The notes beneath the pieces were generated by a model that made no database searches, was not told the origin of the DNA, and worked only from the letters and a program-made list of their open reading frames with translations. A stretch of 64,000 nucleotides of DNA from IMG/VR virus record IMGVR_UViG_3300029913_000001; one strand, written 5' to 3'. Position numbers and translations under genes: made by a program. Each line of letters opens with the position of its first letter. The first letter of the stretch is position 1. The stretch comes from a virus. Its lineage: Duplodnaviria; Caudoviricetes. This document shows positions 19,360-29,665 of this stretch, piece by piece.

Positions 19360-19971
19360 TTAAATTGCGATTGTGCCTAATGTCCGACTGATTGCACTAC
19401 CGATACCGAGGGGAGATTGTAGCGCGTTATCGAATCTAACTGTCATTTTAATAGTCAATGGGTCAGATTTCGAATAATCATTGTCGCCGTAATCTACATT
19501 TGTTAGCCAGCATCCAACTAGATCATATGTTTCGAGAATTACTGGCTCGTTAGTACCATTTCCGCCATCCAATACTTCATATAACATTTCGAACTTATAA
19601 TCAGTGGCAGATGAAGCGGAACTCTGATTCTGGAAATCAAATTGCTTCTGAATTTGCTGCCCAACCAATGCCGATACTTCACCTAGCATATCATCACGCA
19701 GCGTAATATCTGTGGGATCCCAAGCCGGCTTGCCAGCGTAATGAACTTTACTACCATAGATATCTATTGTTTGTTCATCAAATTTCAATGAAGGGCGTTT
19801 TACATTCATTACCTGTTTTGTTAATTCGGTTGTCTGATTTGCAACGCCGAAGCCGATAAATAATGCCCGAAAACGATATGATAATTTAGGCATTAGCAGG
19901 CCTTGGCCCGATGCCGGAATTCCGATATCAGATAGTGGAACTGTAAAATTTAGAAGGCTCGCGGTTCCCAT
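19360..19971 (-). CDS. gp19: Tail tube protein
   Basis: PKLSYRFR, WDPTDITLRDD, LVGCW..NVDYG motifs; late promoter at 20007-20014. Confidence 0.88.
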   Translation of the reverse strand: MGTASLLNFTVPLSDIGIPASGQGLLMPKLSYRFRALFIGFGVANQTTELTKQVMNVKRPSLKFDEQTIDIYGSKVHYAGKPAWDPTDITLRDDMLGEVSALVGQQIQKQFDFQNQSSASSATDYKFEMLYEVLDGGNGTNEPVILETYDLVGCWLTNVDYGDNDYSKSDPLTIKMTVRFDNALQSPLGIGSAISRTLGTIAI

Positions 19972-20006
19972 AATTTTAATCTCCTATTACATAAATCTGT
20001 TACTTG

Positions 20007-20014
20007 TATTTATA
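20007..20014 (-). promoter_or_regulatory. Late promoter TATAAATA
   Basis: Exact consensus within cttgta-ttta-tacaag. Confidence 0.75.
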
Positions 20015-20081
20015 CAAGATTCAATTTTTTCTAAAACACAGTTCCAAAAGCAAAAATAAATAGTGACAATAGGAGAATTTA

Positions 20082-20606
20082 ATGACAGAACTCTGTAAAA
20101 TTGCAATAAAATATGGATGTGATAAAGAACCATCAAATTATCATCACTACACTCCCTTCTATTACGAGTTATTCAAAAACAAACCAGTTAAAAAATTACT
20201 CGAAATAGGAATTTTTCGAGGATCAAGCCTTAGAATGTGGAGAGATTTTTTTCCCGAAGCTGAAATTTTTGGTCTGGATATTAATACTTCATGTCTAATA
20301 TCTGAAGACAGAATTCATTCTTATTACTGCGATGCCGGAAATGAAGATTCATTAAATGCTATCTCCACCAAATTAGAGGGAAATTTCGATATTATTATCG
20401 ACGACGGATCACATTTTATTGAGCATCAAATTTTAGCCGCAAATACTATGCCAAAATATCTAGCAGCAAGTGGAATTTTTATTATTGAGGATGTATTACA
20501 TATAAAAGAGGTATCGGCCAGTATTATTTTACCGCACGAAATTAAAACATTTGGGCCGCATCCGCCAGACGATAATTTAATTATCATCGATAATAAAACG
20601 GACTGA
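20082..20606 (+). CDS. Class I SAM-dependent methyltransferase
   Basis: LLEIGIFRGSS, IFGLDI, FDIIIDDGSH motifs; opposite strand to the flanking sheath and tube genes. Confidence 0.85.
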   Translation: MTELCKIAIKYGCDKEPSNYHHYTPFYYELFKNKPVKKLLEIGIFRGSSLRMWRDFFPEAEIFGLDINTSCLISEDRIHSYYCDAGNEDSLNAISTKLEGNFDIIIDDGSHFIEHQILAANTMPKYLAASGIFIIEDVLHIKEVSASIILPHEIKTFGPHPPDDNLIIIDNKTD

Positions 20607-20647
20607 AATTATATAATTTCAATCCGTTTTATTATTCTTTTAACTAA

Positions 20648-23600
20648 TTAATATTGAATTGCTCCGCCGCCCAAATCTGTGCCAGCAGCAGAAACTGTTA
20701 CAGGAATATAAATAAATTCGGCTACGGTGATCGGTGCAATTGCAACCGCCGCCCAAAGTTGATTATTCTCTATAGCTGACTGAGTATTGATATCTGTAGA
20801 AACATCCACCGCCCAATCAGAAATTGCTCTCTGAGATTGTAATGACTTTAATAACTTTCCGATATCGAAACCAAAATTATGGCGTGTTATTGAATCATTT
20901 TGCTCAAAAGTAAATGAATTAGCAAGACTATTCAACATATTTCTCAAATAGATTACTAATCGAGCAACATTGATTCTATTTAATGCTGTTGGCTCACCGT
21001 TAATTAGTGCTGCTCGTGTTTTCTGTCCATAAAGTTCTAGGCCAGTTCCAGGAACATTACTAATTGGATTTACACTAGCTGGGTATAGAATGTCACGCAA
21101 ATTCTGCGCTACGGAATTAACTACAAAATTACCGGTTTGCCCATCTACATATCCAATAGAAGTTGCATTAGTCACTAATCCTCGTTGCGGGCCTGCTGGA
21201 GCAAACCAGGGATATGATTTGGCATCGGATTGAATAATTGTTGGCACCGCCATGAAACTAGCAGGAACAACAATTTTATTTCCACTAAGATCAGTCGTTA
21301 ATCCTGATGGATAATATGTTGCTGCGTAATCATAGAATGTAACTAATCCGTCTACTCCATCCGCAGGAGCAGCATTAAGATTATTGGCCCAAGTGTTAAT
21401 AGCATTTGCATTCGCGGCTAGTGTCATTGGGCTATCAGCCACAATAAATGCCGTTTCTCCCCTATTAATATTCAGCGTAACTAATGTTGAAAGTAATTCT
21501 GGATACCCGGGACAAGATATTAATCCAAAATTATAAAGTTCCTCTAATATCTGATCACTATTCTCAATGGCGGCAACCAATGTTTGTACAACTACATTTC
21601 TCTGAGCCGCGCTTCCTAGATATGCCACACCACTTTCATTATTACCGCTAGCAGTTACCCATGCGGCAGTTTCTGAAGCATTAATCAAATGATTAGTTGT
21701 AAATTGTTTAACATTCATACCGCTTCGTCGTGTATTAAACAATAAGGTTCCACGCGGATACAATGCATAACTAGGTGCATCTGAATCTAAATAATTGCTA
21801 GTTAACAATGTACTAATCGGTGTAAACGTGCTCGTTGCTGGATCGACATTACCGGTTGTTGCCCAACGGGCATCCGCAAAAACAACGCCGTTGCTGCTTG
21901 TATGATCGACGTTATTAATTTTAATCCATGCGCCACTTTGATATCTGTTAATATTCGGAAGATTAGTTATATCGGAAGTGTTAATCCAGATATCACCATT
22001 AACTACAACATTACCGGTAGACTGATACACCGGAACAGTTGCACTTACAATAGGACCGCTAGGATCTGTTAACGTTAAATTATATCCTCGTGCTTCTAGA
22101 TTAGCGGTTACATTTCTATATCCTAGCCATGCTGTACCAGTATTAATCATGATATCGGCAACCGTAGGGTCGTCATAAAACCATAATGTACCATTGGCAG
22201 GATCTGACGTTGGCGCTGTTAAACTTTCAACATAGGAAGGAGTTACCCAATTACTTACCGTTGCGAAAGTAACACCGGTTGTTAGAAGACCAACCTGCTC
22301 TAATGGTGTATTTGCTCCGTCATATAAGCAAAAAGAACCACCGTTCGTATTCTGAATTTCAATAGTATTGAAATGAGTAAAGCCAGCCGAAATCCCGGTT
22401 AAACCGGCTGCGTTAACTGCATTAATTAACGCATTTGCTGTCGATCCGGCAAATGAAATTACTACATTACCTGTGTATTGATTACTTCCTGGAACCGTTG
22501 TGTTAATGGTAAAGGTAAACGGTGCTGATCCAGTTAGATTAACATTTGAATTTGTACCAGACAGCGTGGTTGCGCCTGCCTGGCGTTCTAGCAAGGTAGT
22601 AGTAAATGCTAGTGTTCCAGCATTTGCAGCAAATGTACCCGCTGGAATATTAATACCGCCACCGATAGGATCTAAGATATAATTAAGAATTGCATCGGAT
22701 GATCCAATTGTAACAACCTGCGGTGTCCAAGAATTGCTAGCAGAATTATACACCTGAACGGAGATATTTGCACCGCTTTCTGGTATAGAAGTATTATACC
22801 ATACACTTCCGGTTGGTTCTGGGGTTGCATCTGTTGCATTCCATTTCGGCACATTTGTGTATGGACTAACCTGATATGCAGCCGCATAAATGTTTGCACT
22901 AGCAATTCCGAGTTGTAACCCAACATTACCCGATAATGATAATACACTATTAGGGGCAGCGCTGGTAACAGACAGTGCTAGGCGGTTTCCAATAGAAAAA
23001 GCATTCACGCCTGGTACATTGGCCGCTGTAATTTCAGAAATTGTAGTTATAAGATTTGCGCCAGATAATACAACGTTAGTTCCGTTTAAATCTAGTACAC
23101 CAGAAATATTTGACGGATTTACAACGGCGCCAATGACTGCCGGAGTAACGGCTTGCCATGAAGCTGTTCCTACTTCGACCCAATTTCCTAAATAATCCTG
23201 CTTCCAAACTGGGTTGCTGGTGTTAGTCAAAACTACAGAATAATCCCCCGGTTTTCCAATCGTATTAACGGGTACACTGGTATTTGCATCGGAAGTTTGT
23301 GAGGGATCGGTAACAATCCAAAGTTTTCCCTGTCCAGATGTATTTGTTGTAGATATTGCTGCAAAACTCTGACTTGCCGCATTATATTCTAAAATACCCC
23401 ATTTTGTGCCTGCGGCATTAAGCCAAATTGTTCCGTTGGCTGGAGTGCCGACCGGAGGTGCTAACGTACCAGTTAATGCATTTAAATCTACAGGAGCACG
23501 TAAAATATAGGCGGCATCGGAAACACCAAGAGCAGAATAAGCGGCCATTAAGCCATACTCATTTTGTTCTGATGCATTTACCGGGGTCCCTTGTACATTT

Positions 23601-23830
23601 TGAAAAATAGGAGCGCCAAAGTCATTAATTAATGATCGTTGGCTCGTTTCAAGAGTAAGAAGACCGGCAGTGTTAGCCGTTGTATAAGGTGCAGTAACTC
23701 CACTAGGATTTGTTTTATTCTGCGCTGTTGCAACTACAAAAAGAGGAGCGGTGCCAGCCGGAGCACTTAGATACTGGCTCTCATCTATTACGGTGACCTG
23801 CGCACCTGGGCTTTGAAGAGTTGAACTCAT
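20648..23830 (-). CDS. gp18: Tail sheath protein with a large insertion (about 1060 aa)
   Basis: SPGAQVTVIDES N-terminus; WFAPAG..RG, GQKT, RINVARL, AEFIYI C-terminus; start refined to 23830 by Shine-Dalgarno. Confidence 0.95.
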   Translation of the reverse strand: MSSTLQSPGAQVTVIDESQYLSAPAGTAPLFVVATAQNKTNPSGVTAPYTTANTAGLLTLETSQRSLINDFGAPIFQNVQGTPVNASEQNEYGLMAAYSALGVSDAAYILRAPVDLNALTGTLAPPVGTPANGTIWLNAAGTKWGILEYNAASQSFAAISTTNTSGQGKLWIVTDPSQTSDANTSVPVNTIGKPGDYSVVLTNTSNPVWKQDYLGNWVEVGTASWQAVTPAVIGAVVNPSNISGVLDLNGTNVVLSGANLITTISEITAANVPGVNAFSIGNRLALSVTSAAPNSVLSLSGNVGLQLGIASANIYAAAYQVSPYTNVPKWNATDATPEPTGSVWYNTSIPESGANISVQVYNSASNSWTPQVVTIGSSDAILNYILDPIGGGINIPAGTFAANAGTLAFTTTLLERQAGATTLSGTNSNVNLTGSAPFTFTINTTVPGSNQYTGNVVISFAGSTANALINAVNAAGLTGISAGFTHFNTIEIQNTNGGSFCLYDGANTPLEQVGLLTTGVTFATVSNWVTPSYVESLTAPTSDPANGTLWFYDDPTVADIMINTGTAWLGYRNVTANLEARGYNLTLTDPSGPIVSATVPVYQSTGNVVVNGDIWINTSDITNLPNINRYQSGAWIKINNVDHTSSNGVVFADARWATTGNVDPATSTFTPISTLLTSNYLDSDAPSYALYPRGTLLFNTRRSGMNVKQFTTNHLINASETAAWVTASGNNESGVAYLGSAAQRNVVVQTLVAAIENSDQILEELYNFGLISCPGYPELLSTLVTLNINRGETAFIVADSPMTLAANANAINTWANNLNAAPADGVDGLVTFYDYAATYYPSGLTTDLSGNKIVVPASFMAVPTIIQSDAKSYPWFAPAGPQRGLVTNATSIGYVDGQTGNFVVNSVAQNLRDILYPASVNPISNVPGTGLELYGQKTRAALINGEPTALNRINVARLVIYLRNMLNSLANSFTFEQNDSITRHNFGFDIGKLLKSLQSQRAISDWAVDVSTDINTQSAIENNQLWAAVAIAPITVAEFIYIPVTVSAAGTDLGGGAIQY

Positions 23831-23902
23831 TTGATTTTCCCTCACTTGTAAATCTAATAAACTTATATTGGTATTTAGCAACCTGACCTCAAAATAGCCG
23901 TT

Positions 23903-24541
23903 TTAGACGTCTCTAATAATTTCGCCGATTCGTTCTTTCAAATAAGGTAAATCGAAATTATTGTCGATTACATAGTCAACCTTTGTATTAATCCAACCCC
24001 ATTCAGAAATATGAACACCCGGATAGTCAATGCTCATACGATTATCTGTTGCAATATTTTCTCCCGACTTAATTACGGCTACCGCCGTATCGTGCCATTC
24101 GGGTAATGGTCCGCGATCAACTCTACACAAGGTAGCATTTACGTTAGTTAATACCTTAAGTTCATTTATAAATCGGCAATCACTAATAACAAAATCTAAT
24201 TTTGAATCAACTAATTTTCTTTCTAACGAGGCAACCCATATATCTTGATGAAACATATTTCTATTAACATCGGTTCCCCAATTTTGTAATACCCATCGAG
24301 GAGTTAATTCAGGAATACCAAGGCGATTGGACCACCAATCATCTATTTGCTCCCGCCAAACACGACTCGCTTTTGTTTTTCCATCTAACATTTTTAACGG
24401 CCAGCCAAAAATAATAGACACGGCTTCTTTTAATGAATCTGCAAATGCAACCTGATGGAATCCATAATCGTTTACTAAAATATTACTTACTGTGTCTTTA
24501 CCTGATCCAATTAAACCAAGTAAGCCAATAATTCTACCCAT
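23903..24541 (-). CDS. Deoxynucleoside monophosphate kinase (T4 gp1-like)
   Basis: GLIGSGKDT P-loop, FADSLKE, PRWVLQ, ISDCRF motifs. Confidence 0.92.
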   Translation of the reverse strand: MGRIIGLLGLIGSGKDTVSNILVNDYGFHQVAFADSLKEAVSIIFGWPLKMLDGKTKASRVWREQIDDWWSNRLGIPELTPRWVLQNWGTDVNRNMFHQDIWVASLERKLVDSKLDFVISDCRFINELKVLTNVNATLCRVDRGPLPEWHDTAVAVIKSGENIATDNRMSIDYPGVHISEWGWINTKVDYVIDNNFDLPYLKERIGEIIRDV

Positions 24542-24553
24542 AATACGATCCTT

Positions 24554-24835
24554 TTATGCGTTTGCTAACTTATCTATATAATCTAATAATGCCAGAATAA
24601 CATCTGGCGACGCGGCGGTAATAAAATTAAGATTATTCTTGCCATTCCAATCTGGTTCAAGTCGGCCTAATAAGTTAAGGCCATGAAAGCCAATTTCACA
24701 TCCCAAATTATGGTCTGCATATTGGCCTCTTCCAGCATACAATGTAGGCGGATCATCCTCCCAAGTCCAGGTTCCGCCCGTTGCTAATTTTGATTTTTCT
24801 CTTAAGTCGGTTAGTAATTCAGTTGTAATTTCCAT
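24554..24835 (-). CDS. Ead/Ea22-like protein
   Basis: AT.G.W and N..FI.AA.P..ILALLD motifs; start refined to 24835. Confidence 0.65.
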   Translation of the reverse strand: MEITTELLTDLREKSKLATGGTWTWEDDPPTLYAGRGQYADHNLGCEIGFHGLNLLGRLEPDWNGKNNLNFITAASPDVILALLDYIDKLANA

Positions 24836-24841
24836 ATTAAT

Positions 24842-24870
24842 ATTATATAACATGTAAAGTAAAAATACAA
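24842..24870 (-). promoter_or_regulatory. Sigma70-type early promoter
   Basis: TTGTAT-17-TATAAT, 6 nt before ATG 24835. Confidence 0.7.
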
Positions 24871-24873
24871 GTC

Positions 24874-25653
24874 TTATTGTATCAGCAGACCCAATGGTTG
24901 CTCACCAAAATGATACAGTGTTATCTGTTCCATTAACTTATCGATCATAGCTTGCCCTTCAGTCTTTAATTCTGCGCCGTTAAGACTCGTACCACCGGAA
25001 GGCCCAGGAATTTGGGAAAACTTTGCTCTTGCTTCGCCTAATGTTATTTTAGCAACAGCTAGAACATACTCCTTAATAAAAGTTAAAGTTCTAGGATCAC
25101 TTAATAACTGAACTTCGGGTTTATAATTATAAATTTGAAGAAGCAAACTTTCACCCGTTCCCCTAGGTTGGCGAACTAATGTAAGTTTTTTAGTCATTGA
25201 ATTGTAATTAAAATCAATTTCTCCGCCAAACTGTCTTGATACCATCGCTTGATAATCAGTGAATAATTCGAAAGATAATAGTCCACCAGCGGAATCTAAA
25301 GTGTTAAGTAGATATGTGTTCAGCCATCCGCCATAAAAGGGATCAAATTGAGACCCGGCATTACCTAAATCGCCAATTGACCGTCTCCAAATCTTAACAA
25401 CAAATTGAACCTCATCCGGTAGTGTATAAACCTGAACATTTGTTTGGGTTGTCAAGAATGCGTATGATTCTTCTACTGCGGCGGAACTACGTGTTTGAAA
25501 AACTTCAATTGCTCGAGTTAATGCATTCTGTAAATGCTCGGCATCTAATTCAACTTCGATCATGCCCTCACCTAATCGTTGAGTTACATAATCAAAGACT
25601 CGCTGTCGAAGTTTCGCTAGTGAAACTGAATTTTCATCATTTTTATTTTCCAT
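24874..25653 (-). CDS. gp13: Neck/head-tail adaptor (gp13-like)
   Basis: RLG...IEVEL, LA.AK..LG.AR.KF...PGP.GG..LNG motifs. Confidence 0.9.
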   Translation of the reverse strand: MENKNDENSVSLAKLRQRVFDYVTQRLGEGMIEVELDAEHLQNALTRAIEVFQTRSSAAVEESYAFLTTQTNVQVYTLPDEVQFVVKIWRRSIGDLGNAGSQFDPFYGGWLNTYLLNTLDSAGGLLSFELFTDYQAMVSRQFGGEIDFNYNSMTKKLTLVRQPRGTGESLLLQIYNYKPEVQLLSDPRTLTFIKEYVLAVAKITLGEARAKFSQIPGPSGGTSLNGAELKTEGQAMIDKLMEQITLYHFGEQPLGLLIQ

Positions 25654-25658
25654 AATAA

Positions 25659-26273
25659 TTACTCCAAGCCCAAGGCAGTTAATATATCTTTTATACTATG
25701 ACCATGATGATTATAATCGAGCGCAACATAAGATCCGGAAATTAATATTTCACACCCCATTCTTATGGCATCCGCTAATCCGACACTATTTTTATATTTG
25801 TACTGTTCGGCAAAATTAAAAATTGGCTTGTTAATGTCAAACAACGAAACCTCATTGAATAAATCACGAACTTTCGGAGACCATGTATACGAAAACCCAT
25901 TAACAGGAAAAATTACAAAAGTATCACCATAGTTTTCTGCTGCAAAGAGATTACCCGTGCAAAAAATACTATTTGACCTCAACGCCTTAAATCCAGACGC
26001 CGCGAGGCTGCTATCCACTATTTTTTGAACCTCCATCGAAGTATCCATTGGCTTTCGATCGTCTCGGCTTTTACCCAATAAAATATATGATTTAGCGTCT
26101 CTTATGCCGCGAAATAGAAAGTCGCCATTTTTGCAATCGTTGTTATAAACTTTAATTATATCTGAACAATGCGTCTGCATAAAAGAAACTAATGCTTTCG
26201 CTCGAGTCGAAAGCATCCATTGTTCTTCGCCGTGTTTTAATTTTGTATGATCTAATACTTCAGATAAGCGCAT
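25659..26273 (-). CDS. ART-like protein, subfamily A; MRLSEV leader
   Basis: FRG...RKPMDT...RSNSIFCTG...YG..FVIFP...EIL; start refined to 26273. Confidence 0.55.
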   Translation of the reverse strand: MRLSEVLDHTKLKHGEEQWMLSTRAKALVSFMQTHCSDIIKVYNNDCKNGDFLFRGIRDAKSYILLGKSRDDRKPMDTSMEVQKIVDSSLAASGFKALRSNSIFCTGNLFAAENYGDTFVIFPVNGFSYTWSPKVRDLFNEVSLFDINKPIFNFAEQYKYKNSVGLADAIRMGCEILISGSYVALDYNHHGHSIKDILTALGLE

Positions 26274-26278
26274 GTTTG

Positions 26279-26300
26279 TATTTATGTGTACATATAAATA
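26279..26300. promoter_or_regulatory. Divergent pair of late promoters
   Basis: ATAAATA on the - strand (26279-26285) and TATAAATA on the + strand (26293-26300). Confidence 0.7.
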
Positions 26301-26317
26301 TAAGAGAGGATTTAATA

Positions 26318-27457
26318 ATGCCAAGAATTTCTTTATGGTCTAACGAAAAATACGGTCAAGACGCCATGTGGTTTGATAAGCATATATATGAGCAATTCAC
26401 GATGGGCGGGGTGGACTTATATGTCCATAAATATCTCGGCGCAGAAAATCCAAATACCACAAACGACGCTACCCAACCAAATTATCCAAATTTGTCGGCG
26501 CAGAATATACAAGATATTCTCTTACTTGAAAATAGGGATCGAAAATATTCGCAGGATATATATCGAGTTAGAGGTTACTATTCTCCGGCAGATTTGGATC
26601 TTGATCTAAGTCAATGGGGATTGATGATCTCGAGCGGAACATTATTCATAACCGTACACCTTAATAGTATGGTAGATACTATTGGTAGGAAACTAATGTC
26701 AGGGGATGTTCTAGAATTACCGAACTTGAAAGAATTTTATAGTTTGGACGAAACTGTGCCCGTTGCCCTAAAAAGATTTTATGTAATTCAGGAGGGAACT
26801 AGACCGGCAAATGGTTTTTCCCCCACCTGGTGGAATCACATTTGGCGATTGAAATGCACGCCAATGACAGATGCGCAAGAATATGCAGATATTTTGAATC
26901 AAGTCGTCGTTGGTGTTAATGGAAATCCGGTGTTAATAAATGGCAACACTACTACCTACGGAAATATCACAAGCTCGATTGGTCAATATCAGAGTATAGA
27001 TTCCGCAATTATTGAACAGGCCGAATATGAAGTACCGGAATCCGGCTATAATACAGATCCATTATGGGCTCCACTATTTGTTGGTGGGAAGCCTAAGAAT
27101 GGACCATTGCCGGCAAATGCTAGTCCTCAGCAAAAATTCAGTGGATATCTTGTGGGCAACGGGGAAGCTATTGACGGGTATTCAGTGACAACAGCTACCG
27201 AATTTCCAAATAATCCAATTATTGGACAATATATTTTAAGACAAGATTACTTTCCAGCAAGGCTTTATAGATGGTCTGGTATAAAATGGAAATATGTAAA
27301 TTCCAAAGTCAGAACCCCACTAACACCAGGAAAAGGTCAAACGCAGAGAGACCAATTCATTAACAATTCAAATACTATTGTTAATAGCTCCAATATTTCT
27401 ATGCCAGTATTACAAGATTTATCGACCCTGCTCCGACCAGATAAAGGTGGTAATTAA
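26318..27457 (+). CDS. gp14: Neck/head-closure protein (gp14-like)
   Basis: DILLLENRDRKY, FITVH, GRKLMSGDVLELP, W..HIWR motifs; start refined by GAGGA Shine-Dalgarno. Confidence 0.8.
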   Translation: MPRISLWSNEKYGQDAMWFDKHIYEQFTMGGVDLYVHKYLGAENPNTTNDATQPNYPNLSAQNIQDILLLENRDRKYSQDIYRVRGYYSPADLDLDLSQWGLMISSGTLFITVHLNSMVDTIGRKLMSGDVLELPNLKEFYSLDETVPVALKRFYVIQEGTRPANGFSPTWWNHIWRLKCTPMTDAQEYADILNQVVVGVNGNPVLINGNTTTYGNITSSIGQYQSIDSAIIEQAEYEVPESGYNTDPLWAPLFVGGKPKNGPLPANASPQQKFSGYLVGNGEAIDGYSVTTATEFPNNPIIGQYILRQDYFPARLYRWSGIKWKYVNSKVRTPLTPGKGQTQRDQFINNSNTIVNSSNISMPVLQDLSTLLRPDKGGN

Positions 27458-28221
27458 TGAAATCTGCAGAATTTTTAATTGAGTTTAACGGAACGAAAAA
27501 AATAGCAAACACTAATAATCTACTCAAAATACTCGAGAATGATTGTTCAGAAGCGTTATCGGCGAGTAAACACGGAAACAAAATTTTTAAAGGCTTACGC
27601 AATTTAAATGGAAATTTTTTTCTAGCGGATCCGACTAAAAAAATAAGACATAGCCGTAATACTAATAACTATTATACTTTATTACTGGATAATTTGCCGA
27701 GTTGGGCAAATTATCCAAAAAGAAGTAATAGTTTAATTTGTACGAATTCTAAGTGGAAAGCAGATTTATACGGAGCAGGTTATGCGGTTATACCGGTTAA
27801 TGGTACCGAAATTGCCGTGTGCCCGGCTGATGATATATGGTTTAGTTTTAAAGCGAATAATATATATAGTTTAGGAAGTTTTAATAAACTATTTAATAAT
27901 CACCAAATATCGGAAAAAAATTACGTTGATTTTCTAAAATCTTGTTTGCGTGAAAAAAATTATTTATTAAGAGATTTTAATAGTTTTAATTTTCGCGAAC
28001 TCGCAATAGCCTTTAAAGATGCACAATCAATAAGTGACTTTGAAAATATTTTTAATAAAATATTTGACCCGACCACCAACGGATTTAAAAAATATAACCT
28101 CTCAAACATGAATATTGGCGATGAAAGTCGAGAAATTTGGACTTCAGGTAAATCGTATTTAATTAATACAGAGTCAATGTTCTATAAAACTAATCTAGAG
28201 ACCTATAATGGAGATTACTAA
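27457..28221 (+). CDS. ART-like protein, subfamily B; MKSAEFLIE leader
   Basis: FKG...NYYTLLLD..W.NYPKRSNSLICT...YG...EIW. Confidence 0.5.
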   Translation: MKSAEFLIEFNGTKKIANTNNLLKILENDCSEALSASKHGNKIFKGLRNLNGNFFLADPTKKIRHSRNTNNYYTLLLDNLPSWANYPKRSNSLICTNSKWKADLYGAGYAVIPVNGTEIAVCPADDIWFSFKANNIYSLGSFNKLFNNHQISEKNYVDFLKSCLREKNYLLRDFNSFNFRELAIAFKDAQSISDFENIFNKIFDPTTNGFKKYNLSNMNIGDESREIWTSGKSYLINTESMFYKTNLETYNGDY

Positions 28222-28296
28222 ATTAACTAAATTAATAAAATTGGGAACAAAATATGTTGTCTATTTGTCAAAGTTTACGATTACGTTAGGTGTATT

Positions 28297-28713
28297 ATGA
28301 TTATTGGGGCTGGCGCACTGGTTTATGCTAAAGAAACACATCGAGCTCTTTTTTTACTTCGTAATAATACGAAAACAAGAGGAACCTGGGGAATACCGGG
28401 CGGAAAAATAGTTGAATCGGAATCTATTATTACAGGATTACATAGAGAATTATTCGAAGAATTAGGAGTTAATTTATCCTTTACTAAATATTATCCATTG
28501 GACGTATACACTTCGCCTGACGATAAATTTAAGTATTATTCTTTTTTGCTGCAAATAGAAAATGAATTCTTACCAATTCTTAACAATGAACATAGCGGAT
28601 ATTGCTGGACTAAACTAGATAAATTTCCAAAACCCTTACATCCCGGTCTTTTTTCAACCTTAAATATTTCTGTTATTCAAGAGAAAATTAAAATCATAGA
28701 AGAAACGCTATGA
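28297..28713 (+). CDS. Nudix hydrolase
   Basis: Nudix box PGGK...E....GLHRELFEELG. Confidence 0.9.
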   Translation: MIIGAGALVYAKETHRALFLLRNNTKTRGTWGIPGGKIVESESIITGLHRELFEELGVNLSFTKYYPLDVYTSPDDKFKYYSFLLQIENEFLPILNNEHSGYCWTKLDKFPKPLHPGLFSTLNISVIQEKIKIIEETL

Positions 28714-29103
28714 TTTTTTTCCTAAATATGATTTCAATATACCAGTAATTTTTGCCGGTGAATATACAACACATATCATTAAAATTGAAAAATAACACAG
28801 AGACATAATATTTGGTGGTATATTTTTAGTAACAACTATTAGATACACCAAAATAGCTAATGATGTCCAAATAATAGATAACGTGCCTAATCTCGCAGTA
28901 CTGCCTGAGCCATTCTCGGCGGATAATACCGACCGCATAAAGGGCTTATCCCAATTTGACATATTAGGATTATAAGTTTCCGCTCCGGTATCATCTTCTT
29001 CGGATAGTTCAACATTCTGCACATTTTGAACATTCTGTACATTTTGCGCATTTTGCACATTTAAAGTTGATGACGTTGCTATCGCTTGCTCAGGTAATAT
29101 CAT
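28708..29103 (-). CDS. Small two-TM membrane protein with (QNV)n N-terminal repeats
   Basis: Two hydrophobic segments and a basic C-terminus; ATAAATA at 29121-29127. Confidence 0.6.
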   Translation of the reverse strand: MILPEQAIATSSTLNVQNAQNVQNVQNVQNVELSEEDDTGAETYNPNMSNWDKPFMRSVLSAENGSGSTARLGTLSIIWTSLAILVYLIVVTKNIPPNIMSLCYFSILMICVVYSPAKITGILKSYLGKKS

Positions 29104-29228
29104 ATCTTTCACCCCAATAATATTTATGCGATTATTATGATATTACCGAAGTCATTAATTAATCGCTGCTCGTTATATTCCAATAATAATTCAATTATTT
29201 TCATATTAGTATTTATATAAATAGCTAT

Positions 29229-29657
29229 ATGAAAATAGCCGAGATAAGTAGAACTTCGAACAATGTTATAGAACGAGAAATGATTGGCTCACAATTAAGA
29301 GATATATTAATGTCCGATCAATCATTGGCAAAAGAAATTAAATATTTGCCTATATCTCGGTTACGCGACGAAATTCATTTAACGTTATGGGCTGATAAAA
29401 AATTAATTGGCGATCTAGAATTGCAGCAAAATCCATATAAAGAGAATCAACTATGGTTAATGCACGTCGCGGTTAGACAGGGCTACGAAGGTAAGGGCTA
29501 TGCAAAAAAATTAATTATTTGGGCAGTTAATAAAGCGCAAAAGAATAACAAAGAATTAAAATTATCCTCGTATAGTGAAGACGGACGAAATAAATTAGTT
29601 CCGTTGATTAATCGATTGTCAAACAATAATAAAACAATTATTCCCGCAACGGAGTAG
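29229..29657 (+). CDS. GNAT-family acetyltransferase; MKIAEI leader
   Basis: HVAVRQGYEGKGYAKKL acetyl-CoA-binding motif. Confidence 0.8.
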   Translation: MKIAEISRTSNNVIEREMIGSQLRDILMSDQSLAKEIKYLPISRLRDEIHLTLWADKKLIGDLELQQNPYKENQLWLMHVAVRQGYEGKGYAKKLIIWAVNKAQKNNKELKLSSYSEDGRNKLVPLINRLSNNNKTIIPATE

Positions 29658-29665
29658 GAGAATAT

